Of a DNA stretch of 64,000 bases, positions 1 through 8,659 are shown one piece after another. Position 1 is the stretch's first letter. The number at the start of each line of letters is the position of its first letter. A program made the position numbers and the translations under genes. The notes under the pieces were generated by a model. That model searched no databases. It had not been told where the DNA came from and saw only the letters and a program-made list of their open reading frames with translations. The stretch is from Spirochaetia bacterium (GTDB lineage: Bacteria; Spirochaetota; Spirochaetia; SZUA-6; Bin103), in NCBI GenBank assembly GCA_965208575.1, contig CBDBOV010000006.1, forward strand, positions 544,001 to 608,000, read 5' to 3'.

Positions 1-108
1 AGCCGCGCCATTCTGCGCGACGCCGGCTACCCGGAGACGCGCATCGACGAGCTGTTGGCTGGCGGCGCGGTCAAACAGCGCTTCCACCGCGACTACCTGC
101 CCGGCTGA
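1..108 (+). CDS. 3' end of a probable family III CoA-transferase (CaiB/BaiF), partial
   Basis: Frame 1 reads SRAILRDAGYPETRIDELLAGGAVKQRFHRDYLPG*, resembling the 'ILxxLGYsxxxIxxLxxxGvV' C-terminus of CaiB/BaiF proteins. Confidence 0.6.
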   Translation, partial: SRAILRDAGYPETRIDELLAGGAVKQRFHRDYLPG

Positions 109-214
109 CGCGCCCGCGGCTCCAGCGCCCCGAAACCGCCGTCTGGCGGCACCGCTCTTGGCCCATCCCGTCCGTCGGTGTCGCGCAAGTCCTCTCCGAC
201 GCGCGGCGCGCCGT

Positions 215-257
215 GGCGCAGTCCCGCCACCCGACGAGGGGGCCGTGGGACTGCGCC
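215..257. terminator. Inverted repeat between convergent genes, possible terminator
   Basis: GGCGCAGTCCC (215-225) pairs with GGGACTGCGCC (247-257); no U-tract. Confidence 0.3.
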
Positions 258-330
258 GTCGGGCGCGACCAGCCAGACGACAGCGGGTGGGCGCTCGTTC
301 AGAACGCCGCACCCGTGCGGGAGCCGCGTG

Positions 331-1275
331 TCAGTCGAAGGCGGCGACGATCTCCTGTTCGATGCGCTGGATCTCCTCGACGTTGCCGGTCGGGATGTTG
401 CCGAACATGATCTCGTCGACCCCTTCGTCGATCAGCACGCCGATCCGGTCCACCACCTGCTGGCGGCTGCCGACCATGGTGCCCTCGCCCAGTGACCTGG
501 TCAGCGCAGCGCCGGCCTCCTGCGCCGCCGCGTCGTCGCCTACCACGATCGGCATCAGGATGGTGCGCCGGATCTCGGCCGGGTCGCGCCCGACGCGCTC
601 GCAATGGCGCTCCAGCACCGACACCTTGTGGCGGAACATATCCAGCGACACGCCCTGCCCGGCCCAGCCGTCCAGATTGAGCATGTCACCGTACTTGGCC
701 AGGGTGCGCAGGGTGCGCCGCTCACCGGTGCCGCCCACCAGGATCGGAATGTGCGGCTTCTGATAGCAGCCCGGTGACATCTGCAACTGGTCGGCCCAGT
801 AGTAGCGGCCGCGGAAGTCGATCGGACCCTCGGTGGTGAACAGCGTGCGGATCAGCTTGCACGCCTCCTCGAAGCGGTCCGAGCGCTCGCGCATGGTCGG
901 AAACTTCCAGCCGAAGCCGTAGTGCTCGCGCTCGCACCAGGCGGCACCCAGGGAGAGGGTGAACCGCCCCTTGGATGCCTGGTCGAGCGAGGTGGCCATC
1001 TTGGCCAGCAGCGCCGGGTTGCGATAGGTATTGCCCAGCACCAGGTGTCCGAGCCGCAGCTTGCTGGTCATGCCGGCGGCGACCGCGGCCATCGTGTAGC
1101 CCTCGAACGCCGGCCGATGCTCGCTTGAGCGCTGGCCCTTTGGCCCGCCCCACGGCGGGAAGAAGTGGTCGGCGAACCAGAGGCTGTGCCACGGCCCCGC
1201 CTCCATGGCGTTGATCGAGCGCGCAATCTCGTCCCAGGTGACCCCGTAAACGTTGACCTGGATTCCGAACTTCAT
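331..1275 (-). CDS. LLM-class (luciferase-like) flavin/F420-dependent oxidoreductase
   Basis: MKFGI start, WFADHF, RNPALLAKMATSLDQASKGRFTLSLGAAW, PILVGGTGE motifs; RBS GAGGAG upstream. Confidence 0.92.
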   Translation of the reverse strand: MKFGIQVNVYGVTWDEIARSINAMEAGPWHSLWFADHFFPPWGGPKGQRSSEHRPAFEGYTMAAVAAGMTSKLRLGHLVLGNTYRNPALLAKMATSLDQASKGRFTLSLGAAWCEREHYGFGWKFPTMRERSDRFEEACKLIRTLFTTEGPIDFRGRYYWADQLQMSPGCYQKPHIPILVGGTGERRTLRTLAKYGDMLNLDGWAGQGVSLDMFRHKVSVLERHCERVGRDPAEIRRTILMPIVVGDDAAAQEAGAALTRSLGEGTMVGSRQQVVDRIGVLIDEGVDEIMFGNIPTGNVEEIQRIEQEIVAAFD

Positions 1276-1333
1276 GTGGTACTCCTCGTCGGGCCGGCTG
1301 CCCGCCTCACCGTTTCACGGACGGGACGGACGG

Positions 1334-1819
1334 TCAACCCTTGCCGGCTCCGCCGGGCGCCGCCGGCTTTGCGCCGGTGACGCCGCGCAGCACGACCATC
1401 TTGCGCTCCACGCTGACCGGGTAGGTTTCCACGGCCACGTCCGGCCCGCAATCGGCGGGCTCCACGGCCACCGGGTAGGAGCGCACGCGCACGGCGTGCG
1501 GGTTGAAGATGCTGCGCCCCGTGGTCACGTCGAACTCCCAGCCGTGCCACGGGCAGCGCAGGATCTCGCCCTCCCGGCCGTAGCGGAAGGTGCCCGGCGG
1601 CGCCGGCAGCGTGGTGCCGGTCAGCGGCCCCTCGCACAGCGGGGCGCCCTGGTGCGGACACACGTTGCGTAGCGCGTAGTAACGCCCGCCGACGTTGAAC
1701 ACGCCGATCGAGCGCGACCCGACCGTGACGATGCGCCGCACGCCGGGCGGCAGCTCGTCCACCGCGCACACCACGAATCCGTCGTTTCGCCGGTCGGCGT
1801 CCGCGCCGTCTCGATGCAT
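1334..1819 (-). CDS. Rieske [2Fe-2S] ferredoxin
   Basis: CPHQG...CPWHGWEFD Rieske motifs; GGAGG RBS upstream of ATG at 1819. Confidence 0.92.
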   Translation of the reverse strand: MHRDGADADRRNDGFVVCAVDELPPGVRRIVTVGSRSIGVFNVGGRYYALRNVCPHQGAPLCEGPLTGTTLPAPPGTFRYGREGEILRCPWHGWEFDVTTGRSIFNPHAVRVRSYPVAVEPADCGPDVAVETYPVSVERKMVVLRGVTGAKPAAPGGAGKG

Positions 1820-1870
1820 GCGGCCACCTCCTGCTTGCGCCACCCCGAGCTATACCGGGGCGGCGCCGGT

Positions 1871-1966
1871 ATGATAGGCACGGAGACGCCGATGCCCAAC
1901 CTGGTGTTGATCGTGGCCGACCGGGCGCGCATGATCCGCCTGCCGGGCGCGGCCCACGCCGGCGCG
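1871..1966 (+). pseudogene. Collapsed sulfatase remnant (first 13 codons joined to an internal IRLPGAAHAGA segment)
   Basis: Matches 44278-44317 then 45155-45189 of the intact sulfatase; leader matches 4903-4926. Confidence 0.85.
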
Positions 1967-2002
1967 ACCGGACGACTTGGCCGACGACCCGGAGGACGGC
2001 AA

Positions 2003-3085
2003 GTGGCTCATCATGTGAATCACCCGATCATCGACTGCGACGTGCACGTTTACCCGCGCGACCCCGACGAGTTGCGCAAGTACCTCCCGCTGCCGTGGAA
2101 GCACTGGTACCGCGGCGAGTCGCGGCCCTTCTACCAGTCCATGCCGCCGCTGCACGGCTCGCGGCAGGACGCGTTTCCGCCCGGCGGCGGGCGCCCCGGC
2201 ACCGACCCCGACACCCTGCGCCGCCAGTTGATCGACGAATACGGCATCCGGCACGCCATCCTGCTGCCGCGCGTGTTCGCCAACATGTACCCCGACCCCG
2301 ACTACGCCACCGCGCTGTCGCGCGCATTCAACGACTGGCTGGCCGACACCTGGCTGTCCGCCTACAACGCCGACGGCTGCTTCCGCGGCTCCATCAACGT
2401 GGCGCAGCAGGACCCGCAGGCGGCGGCCGCGGAGATCGAGCGCATCGGCGGCCACGAGCACATGGTGCAGGTGATGGTCGACTCCGGGGCACGCGCCCCG
2501 CTCGGCCAGCGCCAGTATCACCCGATCTACGAGCAGTGCGAGAAGCAGGGCCTGCCGTTCGCCATCCACCCCGGCACCGACGGCGCCGGCATCAACGCGG
2601 CGCCCACGCCCGGCTACCCCACCCACCTGGTGGAGTGGCATACCCTGCTGTCGCTCGGCTTCCAGGCGCACCTGGTCAGCTTCATCACCGAGGGCGTGTT
2701 CGAGCGCTACCCCCGCTTCATGGTGGTGCTCGCGGAGGGCGGCGTGGCGTGGCTGGCGCCGCTGATCTGGCGCCTCACCGACCACTGGCGCTCGATGCGC
2801 GCCGAGGTGCCGTGGATGGACAAGCCGCCGCTGCACTACCTGCACCGCAACGTGCGCCTCACCACCCAGCCGATGGAGAATCCCGACGACCCGGCCCACC
2901 TGGCCGCCCTGCTGCGCAGCATCGACGCGGACCAGGTGCTGATGTACTCCAGCGACTACCCCCACTTCGACTTCGACTCGCCCACCGTGATCGCCCGCCA
3001 CCTCCCCGCCGACATGCACGACGCCGTATTCCACGCCAACGCCGCCCGCCTCTACCGCCTCCCCCTCCCCGCTTCTACCGCCTGA
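2003..3085 (+). CDS. Amidohydrolase_2-fold protein (possibly an AibH/PtmU3-like dinuclear oxygenase subunit)
   Basis: IIDCDVH, AIHP, EGG, TTQPME, YSSDYPHFD motifs; GGAGG 7 nt before GTG 2003. Confidence 0.88.
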   Translation: MAHHVNHPIIDCDVHVYPRDPDELRKYLPLPWKHWYRGESRPFYQSMPPLHGSRQDAFPPGGGRPGTDPDTLRRQLIDEYGIRHAILLPRVFANMYPDPDYATALSRAFNDWLADTWLSAYNADGCFRGSINVAQQDPQAAAAEIERIGGHEHMVQVMVDSGARAPLGQRQYHPIYEQCEKQGLPFAIHPGTDGAGINAAPTPGYPTHLVEWHTLLSLGFQAHLVSFITEGVFERYPRFMVVLAEGGVAWLAPLIWRLTDHWRSMRAEVPWMDKPPLHYLHRNVRLTTQPMENPDDPAHLAALLRSIDADQVLMYSSDYPHFDFDSPTVIARHLPADMHDAVFHANAARLYRLPLPASTA

Positions 3086-3172
3086 ACGGGAGGCCGAGAG
3101 GCAGCATGCCGAACCCGAGACGAAAGAGTCAGGCGACGCGCCGGATGCTGCAGATCTGTCCTTTGGCAGCCG

Positions 3173-3340
3173 TCATGACCCGGCACGGCACAGGTCGTTG
3201 CGCCGCAACAGCCGCCGGTGGCTGTCCTGAAGCTGTCCGCTACGATGCGTGGAGTAGATCCTGCCGTGCGGATTGCCTATGAGTTGTCGGTCTCCGAAGT
3301 CCTGGCGTAGGGAAAGGTCGGCATCGAGAATCGCGCACAC
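3173..3340 (-). pseudogene. Probable internally deleted remnant of a small PIN-like partner gene of the AAA ATPase
   Basis: GTG start 5 nt after the ATPase stop; MCAILDAD runs straight into LSLRQDFGDRQLIGNPHGRIYST, only 55 aa; family assignment is from recollection of similar operons. Confidence 0.45.
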
Positions 3341-3345
3341 CGGCG

Positions 3346-4690
3346 CTACAATCCCAAGGACCTGCGAGTTTCTTCCATGAAGAACCGGCGATAGCTGTTG
3401 GGCGCATCCAGGACGTTGCCCTCGCCGTCGATTCGCAGGGTATGGATCCGCACGTCCAGCCGGTTGCGTTCGAAGAACAGAATGGACACGTCGTCCGGTT
3501 GTAGCGTCGTCTTCCGGTCGCGGACATCCATCCGCACGCGATCGAGCAGATGGTCGCTGTGGGTCTCCACCACCAACTGGCGATATTGCTTCGCGCTCTG
3601 GCAGAAAGAGCTGCCGAGTGCCGCTTGGGCGCTCGGATGGAGATGGACCTCCGGTTGCTGCAATAGCAGCGTTGGAGCGGTCTTCATGCCCCAGTTGCGA
3701 AGGATCTCGAATATGACCGGTAGCGCTTGGCTGACACCGTAGCCGACATCGATCAGGTTCCGCCATGGTCCCTTCAGCTTGCCGCTGTACTTACGTACGT
3801 GTACTTGAAACGGCTCGCTCTCCCTCCGGCCAAGCTGCTTGATGGAGACCTCGTCGAACAGCCCGGACGACTGTCCGAAGCTCTCCAGCATGGCCTTGAG
3901 CCGCTCCCACTCCTTTCGGTCCCGGAAGTAGGCGTCGGCAAGGTACATGGGGATGTAGTCCCCCTCCGCATCAACGCTGGGACGCGCCGGATCGTACGTC
4001 CGGCGAGGCTTGGAATGGACCGGGGCGCTGGCGAACGGCCGCGACTCCCGGTAGCTGGGCGGCCTGATATGCCAGGATCCGACGAGCTCGTTCAGGCTTT
4101 TTTTCGTCCGCCTCGGTGAACGACGGGGAACCGTTCGGTGGGGACGGTTTGGCGAGAGGTGTCGCTGCCGGGCGCTCGCCAGAGATTGCGAAAGCAATGA
4201 GCGAAGCCGCAAATCTGTCTTCCAGCGAAATCGACGTTCTGCGCTCATCCGGCACGCCGAGATCCCAGGCACCGCGCGAATTGCCAACCCGCAAGGAGAC
4301 CAGTCGATCTTGTCCCCAACACTCTTCAATCCACAGGTCACCGCTCCTGAGCACCTTGCGCACCGGAACCGGCGCCGTCCCATGCCGTCCGAAGGTTGCC
4401 GCGAAGTGGAAGTCGCCGAGGTCGAACTCGGCCTCGAATGTTTCGGCGCCGCCACCGCTCCTGCCCCTCTGGTGGGCGATCTCCTCAAAACTGCCCAGGT
4501 CATAGGGAGCTTCCTTGAAATCCGGCACCCGGTTGCCGACCGCCACGTCCCACAACGCTCGAATCAAGGCCAGGAAGGATGTCTTGCCGGTGCTATTGTC
4601 GCCGACGAGCAGGGTGAGCGGGGCAAGACGCGCGGTCTGGCGCTCGCGAAAGCAACGAAAGTTCCGCACGGTTATCGTTTCGAGTTTCAT
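3346..4690 (-). pseudogene. AAA_21/OLD-like ABC-type ATPase (DUF3696-like C-terminus), frameshifted at an A7 run
   Basis: MKLETITVRNFRCF, Walker A GDNSTGKT in one frame; VGYGVSQALP, LLLQQPEVHLHP, VVETHS in another; frames join at T7 4098-4104. Confidence 0.85.
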
Positions 4691-4926
4691 GGCGGGGTGC
4701 TCGATGACCAGTCCTGGGTGGCCATCACGACGCATCATAGCCGAAGCGGCAGGCTAAGGCGATGAAGCCCGACCTTCCGACCTGACCCGCTCGTGAGTGG
4801 CTGCTTGACCGTTCGTCAGTCGCGGGAAGTTCGTCCAATCGAGTGATAGACTTTCTCGGCTATCTGCTTGCCTGTGGCCATCTCCCCGCATTCGCTGCCC
4901 CGGGTATGATAGGCGCGGAGACGCGG

Positions 4927-5273
4927 ATGCCCAACCTGGTGTTGATCATGTCCGACCAGGCGCGCAAGGACGTGCTGTTCCACGAGCGGTACCCGTTCGC
5001 GCGCACCCCGCACATCGACGCGCTGCGCGCCGAGGCGGTGTCGTTCGGCAACTGCTTCGCCAACTACCCGGTGTGCGTGCCGTCGCGTGCCGCGCTGATC
5101 ACCGGGCGCTACCCGCACCAGTTGGGCGTGCTGCACAACACCCACCGCCTGCCCGCCGGCGAGCAGGACCTGGGCCACCACCTCGCCGCGCACGGCTTCG
5201 ACTGCGTGAGTTTCGGCAAGACGCACGCCACCAACCGCGGCTTCCGGTCGGTCACCTACGACACCGCGGCCAC
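4927..5273 (+). pseudogene. 5' fragment of a sulfatase paralogue
   Basis: MPNLVLIMSDQ...CVPSR...FGKTH, closely similar to the gene at 44278; similarity ends after SVTYD. Confidence 0.9.
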
Positions 5274-5332
5274 CGCCAGCACCACCATGAAGCGGGGGTA
5301 GCGCTCGAACACGCCCTCGGTGATGAAGCTGA
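5274..5332 (-). pseudogene. Inverted ~59-bp copy of an internal amidohydrolase segment
   Basis: Reverse complement of ~2676-2734 (SFITEGVFERYPRFMVVLA). Confidence 0.85.
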
Positions 5333-5535
5333 GAGCGGTCCGCGGCCGACGCGGGAGAGGGTGGAGCGCAACCTCGGGGCGGTGTTGGCGGTTACCGGCG
5401 ACGCAACTATCTCCAACTACGGTGTTCCGGCCTTGCGCGCCTGAACACCGCCGTCCGCTGGCCTTGCTGTTTGTGGTCGGCAATTATCGTGGGGAGGGCT
5501 TGAATTGTTGGGCATATGGTGGCCAAGATACGGAC

Positions 5536-5787
5536 ATGATACAGGTCACCACTGCGGAGTTGAAAGCTCGGCTCGGCACGTACCTTGGTATGGTGCGCGC
5601 AGGAGAGACAATCGACATCACTTCCTACCGTCAGAGTGTTGCCAGGCTCGTGCCGTCCATCGATGAGGAGTTGCTCATCGAAGAGCCGACCGAACCGCCC
5701 GAGGCGCTGGCCGGCCTCGGCCGCCTGCCATCCGGACGGTCAATACCGGGAGTAGCCACCCTGCTCGCGGACCGCCGCCGGCGATGA
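5536..5787 (+). CDS. Phd/YefM-family antitoxin
   Basis: MIQVTTAELKARLGTYLGMVRAGETIDITSYRQSVARLVP; ATGA overlap with PIN gene. Confidence 0.9.
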   Translation: MIQVTTAELKARLGTYLGMVRAGETIDITSYRQSVARLVPSIDEELLIEEPTEPPEALAGLGRLPSGRSIPGVATLLADRRRR

Positions 5788-6248
5788 CCGTCTACCTGGA
5801 CACGTCGGTGGTGCTGAGTTGGCTGCTCAACCAGGATCCGTCGATCGAGGGGTGGGGCAACTGGCAGTCCGCATACACCAGCGAGATATGTCGGGTCGAG
5901 TTTCACCGCACCATCGACCGTCTTCGTCTGGGCGGCGACCTGGACGATACCGAGCGTGTCTTTGTGCATGAGCGGTTCGCAACGCTCTGGAGATCGGTGT
6001 ACCGGGTCCGTGTGTCCCGTGCACTCCTCACCCGGACCAGTCAGCCCTTCCCGACGGTGGCCGGCACGTTGGACGCCATTCACCTGACAAGTGCACTCGC
6101 CGTCCACGGGAGGCGCAACCGCCGGATCGACCAGTTCCTCACCCACGACGGCCAGTTGGCAACGGCCGCCCGCGCAGTGGGGTTTACCGTCCGTGGCGTG
6201 CCGGACGGCGACGGCCCCGCAGCGCAGCGGGTGGCGGGCGATCCATGA
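5784..6248 (+). CDS. vapC: VapC-family PIN-domain toxin
   Basis: VYLDTS...E...TLDAIHL...FLTHD acidic PIN motif. Confidence 0.9.
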   Translation: MTVYLDTSVVLSWLLNQDPSIEGWGNWQSAYTSEICRVEFHRTIDRLRLGGDLDDTERVFVHERFATLWRSVYRVRVSRALLTRTSQPFPTVAGTLDAIHLTSALAVHGRRNRRIDQFLTHDGQLATAARAVGFTVRGVPDGDGPAAQRVAGDP

Positions 6249-6473
6249 GCTTGCGGCGACGCCGACAGCCAGTTCGTCACCCAGCAGTGCCTCGGTTAGG
6301 GCCGGGGATCAGTACCGCGCGCACCGGTTCGGCGATCGGTTCGCCGAGCGAGCGGCCCATCAGGGCCAGGTCGCCCTCGTACGGGGACGCCACCAGGGCG
6401 GTGTCGTATAATGTCGGTGTTCTTCGAGGCGGCCGCACCGGCAGCCGGGTTGCCAACGAAGGGGGTTCACCGC

Positions 6474-6881
6474 GTGCCTGCTGAACTGGAGACGATCATC
6501 GAGGTGCTGGAGTCGGATTGCGATCGGCTCGGGCATCTGAACCACGTGCAGGCGGTCAGGATGCTGGAGCGTGCGCGCGGCCACTGGTACAGCGCCAACG
6601 GCCTGCGCGATGCCGGCCGGAACTACGTCCCGGTGGTGGTCAACATCAACTACGACTATCGCCGCGAGTGCTTTCTCGGCGAGCGCCTGCGCGTCATGAC
6701 GCGGGGCCAGCGGCTGGGGCGCAAGAGCTTCACCCTCGGCCACGAGATCATCAAGCCGGACGGCTCGATTGCGCTCCAGGGAGCGGCCACGAGCGTGATC
6801 ATGGACCTGGACTCGCGGGTGATCGTTCCCGTACCCGAGTGCGTGGCCAGGCACCTGCCGGCGCCGGAGGCGGCGGAGTGA
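6474..6881 (+). CDS. Acyl-CoA thioesterase (4HBT/YbgC hotdog family)
   Basis: DCDRLGHLNH motif, INYDYRRE, GRKSFTL; start could be 6411. Confidence 0.85.
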   Translation: MPAELETIIEVLESDCDRLGHLNHVQAVRMLERARGHWYSANGLRDAGRNYVPVVVNINYDYRRECFLGERLRVMTRGQRLGRKSFTLGHEIIKPDGSIALQGAATSVIMDLDSRVIVPVPECVARHLPAPEAAE

Positions 6882-8659
6882 GCCAGGCGCGCGGGGCGGC
6901 GGCAGCCCTGGACGAACGCGAGTACCTTGCCGCGGTAGCGAAGCTGGTCGAGCACGCCTGGCCCGCCGGTGTGCCGCGCGAGGTCCGCTACCCGCTCGGC
7001 GAGATCCCGGTGACCGAGCACCTGCGCCACGCGGCGCGCGCGACACCCGACAAGACCTGCGTCGCCTACTACGGCTATCGGCTCACCTACGCCGAACTCG
7101 ACGAGGCCAGCGACCGGTTCGCCGCCTTCCTGCAGGCGCGCGGGCTGGTACGCGGAGACCGCGTGGCGGTGCTCCTCTACAACTGCCCGCAGTATTTCAT
7201 CGTGTTCTACGGCATCCTCAAGCTCGGCTGCGCGCACGTACCGGTGAACCCGATGTTCAAGCTGCACGAGTTGCGCCACCAGCTCGCCGACGCCGACCCC
7301 AGGGTCGTGGTGGCGATGGACCGGCTGCATCCGCTGGTCGAGGCGGTGCGGGACGCAACCAACCTGGAGGCGGTGGTCGTCACCCGCTTCGCCGACTACC
7401 TCCCGAGCGAGCCCAGCCTGCCGCTGCCGAAGCTGCTGCAGGAGCCGCCGCGCGCCTGTCCCGGCGCCGTCGACCTGCCGGAGCTGCTGGCCAGCCACGG
7501 GCCCGACTCTACCTATCCGGCCCCGAGCCTCGACGACCTGGCCAGCATCAACTACACCGGCGGCACCACCGGGATGCCGAAAGGGTGCATGCACACGCAG
7601 CGCAACATGCTGCATTCCTGCACCGCGGGCAGGGTAACGTACCTGCGCCCCGGCGCCTCGCCGCGCGACATCCGTACCGTGTCCTACGTGGCGAGCTTCT
7701 GGATCTCCGGCCAGCTCCGGCTGGTCGACACGGTGCTGACCGGATCGACGCTCATCTACTTCGCCCGCTGGGACGCCGAAGCCGTGCTGCAGGCGATCGA
7801 GCGGTACCGGGCTACCCACCTCGGTGGACCGCTGGACACCATCGTGGAACTGATGGAACGCCCGGACATCGAGCGCCGCGACCTGAGCTCGCTCGAAGTC
7901 ACCACCTGCACGTCGTTCGTCAAGAAGCTCAACCTCGGCTACCGGCGCCGCTGGCGCGAACTGACCGGGATCACCCTGCACGAGTCGTCGTTCGGGATGA
8001 CCGAGACCCATACCTGGGACACGTTCACGATGGGAATGCAGGCCGGCGACCTGGACCTGAAGTCCACGCCCATCTTCGTGGGGCTGCCCACCGCCGGCAC
8101 CCGCTACAAGATCGTCGACCGCGACCGTGGCCGGCTGGTGCCGCTCGGGCAGGAGGGGGAAATCGTGGTGTCCTCGCCGTCGCTCATGAAGGGCTACTGG
8201 CGGGATCCCGAGAAGAGTGCCGAGCATATCCGGGACGGGTGGTTTCGCACCGGCGACGTCGGCATGATCGACGAGCGCGGCTACCTGCACTACCTCGGCC
8301 GCGACAAGGAAATGCTCAAGGTCAAGGGCATGAACGTGTACCCGTTCGAGCTCGAGAGCCTGCTTGGTCATCACCCGGCGATCGCCGGCAGTGCGGTGGT
8401 GGGCCGCGCCGACCGCGAGCGCGGCGAGGTGCCGGTGGCGTTCGTGAAGCTCGCGCCCGGCTGCGAGGCGACCACGGGCGAGGAGATCGGCACCTGGTGC
8501 CGCGACAACATGGCGACCTACAAGGTGCCCGAGATCTGTATCGTGGATGAGTTCCCGCTGACGGAGGTCGGCAAGGTGAGCAAGGTCATGCTGCGCCGGC
8601 AGTTGGCGGAGGCGGCGGCGGACGGCGCGGCGGCTTCCGCCTACCAAGTGTCGATGTAG
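6878..8659 (+). CDS. AMP-dependent acyl-CoA synthetase (long-chain fatty acid-CoA ligase family)
   Basis: YTGGTTGMPKG, FGMTET, GWFRTGD, GRDKEMLKVKG; GTGA overlap with thioesterase. Confidence 0.92.
   Translation: MSQARGAAAALDEREYLAAVAKLVEHAWPAGVPREVRYPLGEIPVTEHLRHAARATPDKTCVAYYGYRLTYAELDEASDRFAAFLQARGLVRGDRVAVLLYNCPQYFIVFYGILKLGCAHVPVNPMFKLHELRHQLADADPRVVVAMDRLHPLVEAVRDATNLEAVVVTRFADYLPSEPSLPLPKLLQEPPRACPGAVDLPELLASHGPDSTYPAPSLDDLASINYTGGTTGMPKGCMHTQRNMLHSCTAGRVTYLRPGASPRDIRTVSYVASFWISGQLRLVDTVLTGSTLIYFARWDAEAVLQAIERYRATHLGGPLDTIVELMERPDIERRDLSSLEVTTCTSFVKKLNLGYRRRWRELTGITLHESSFGMTETHTWDTFTMGMQAGDLDLKSTPIFVGLPTAGTRYKIVDRDRGRLVPLGQEGEIVVSSPSLMKGYWRDPEKSAEHIRDGWFRTGDVGMIDERGYLHYLGRDKEMLKVKGMNVYPFELESLLGHHPAIAGSAVVGRADRERGEVPVAFVKLAPGCEATTGEEIGTWCRDNMATYKVPEICIVDEFPLTEVGKVSKVMLRRQLAEAAADGAAASAYQVSM

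Noticed and set aside
4097-4105. Programmed -1 frameshift at A-AAA-AAG
   Set aside because: The -1 frame hits TGA at once; restoring the protein needs +1, so an indel is the simpler explanation.
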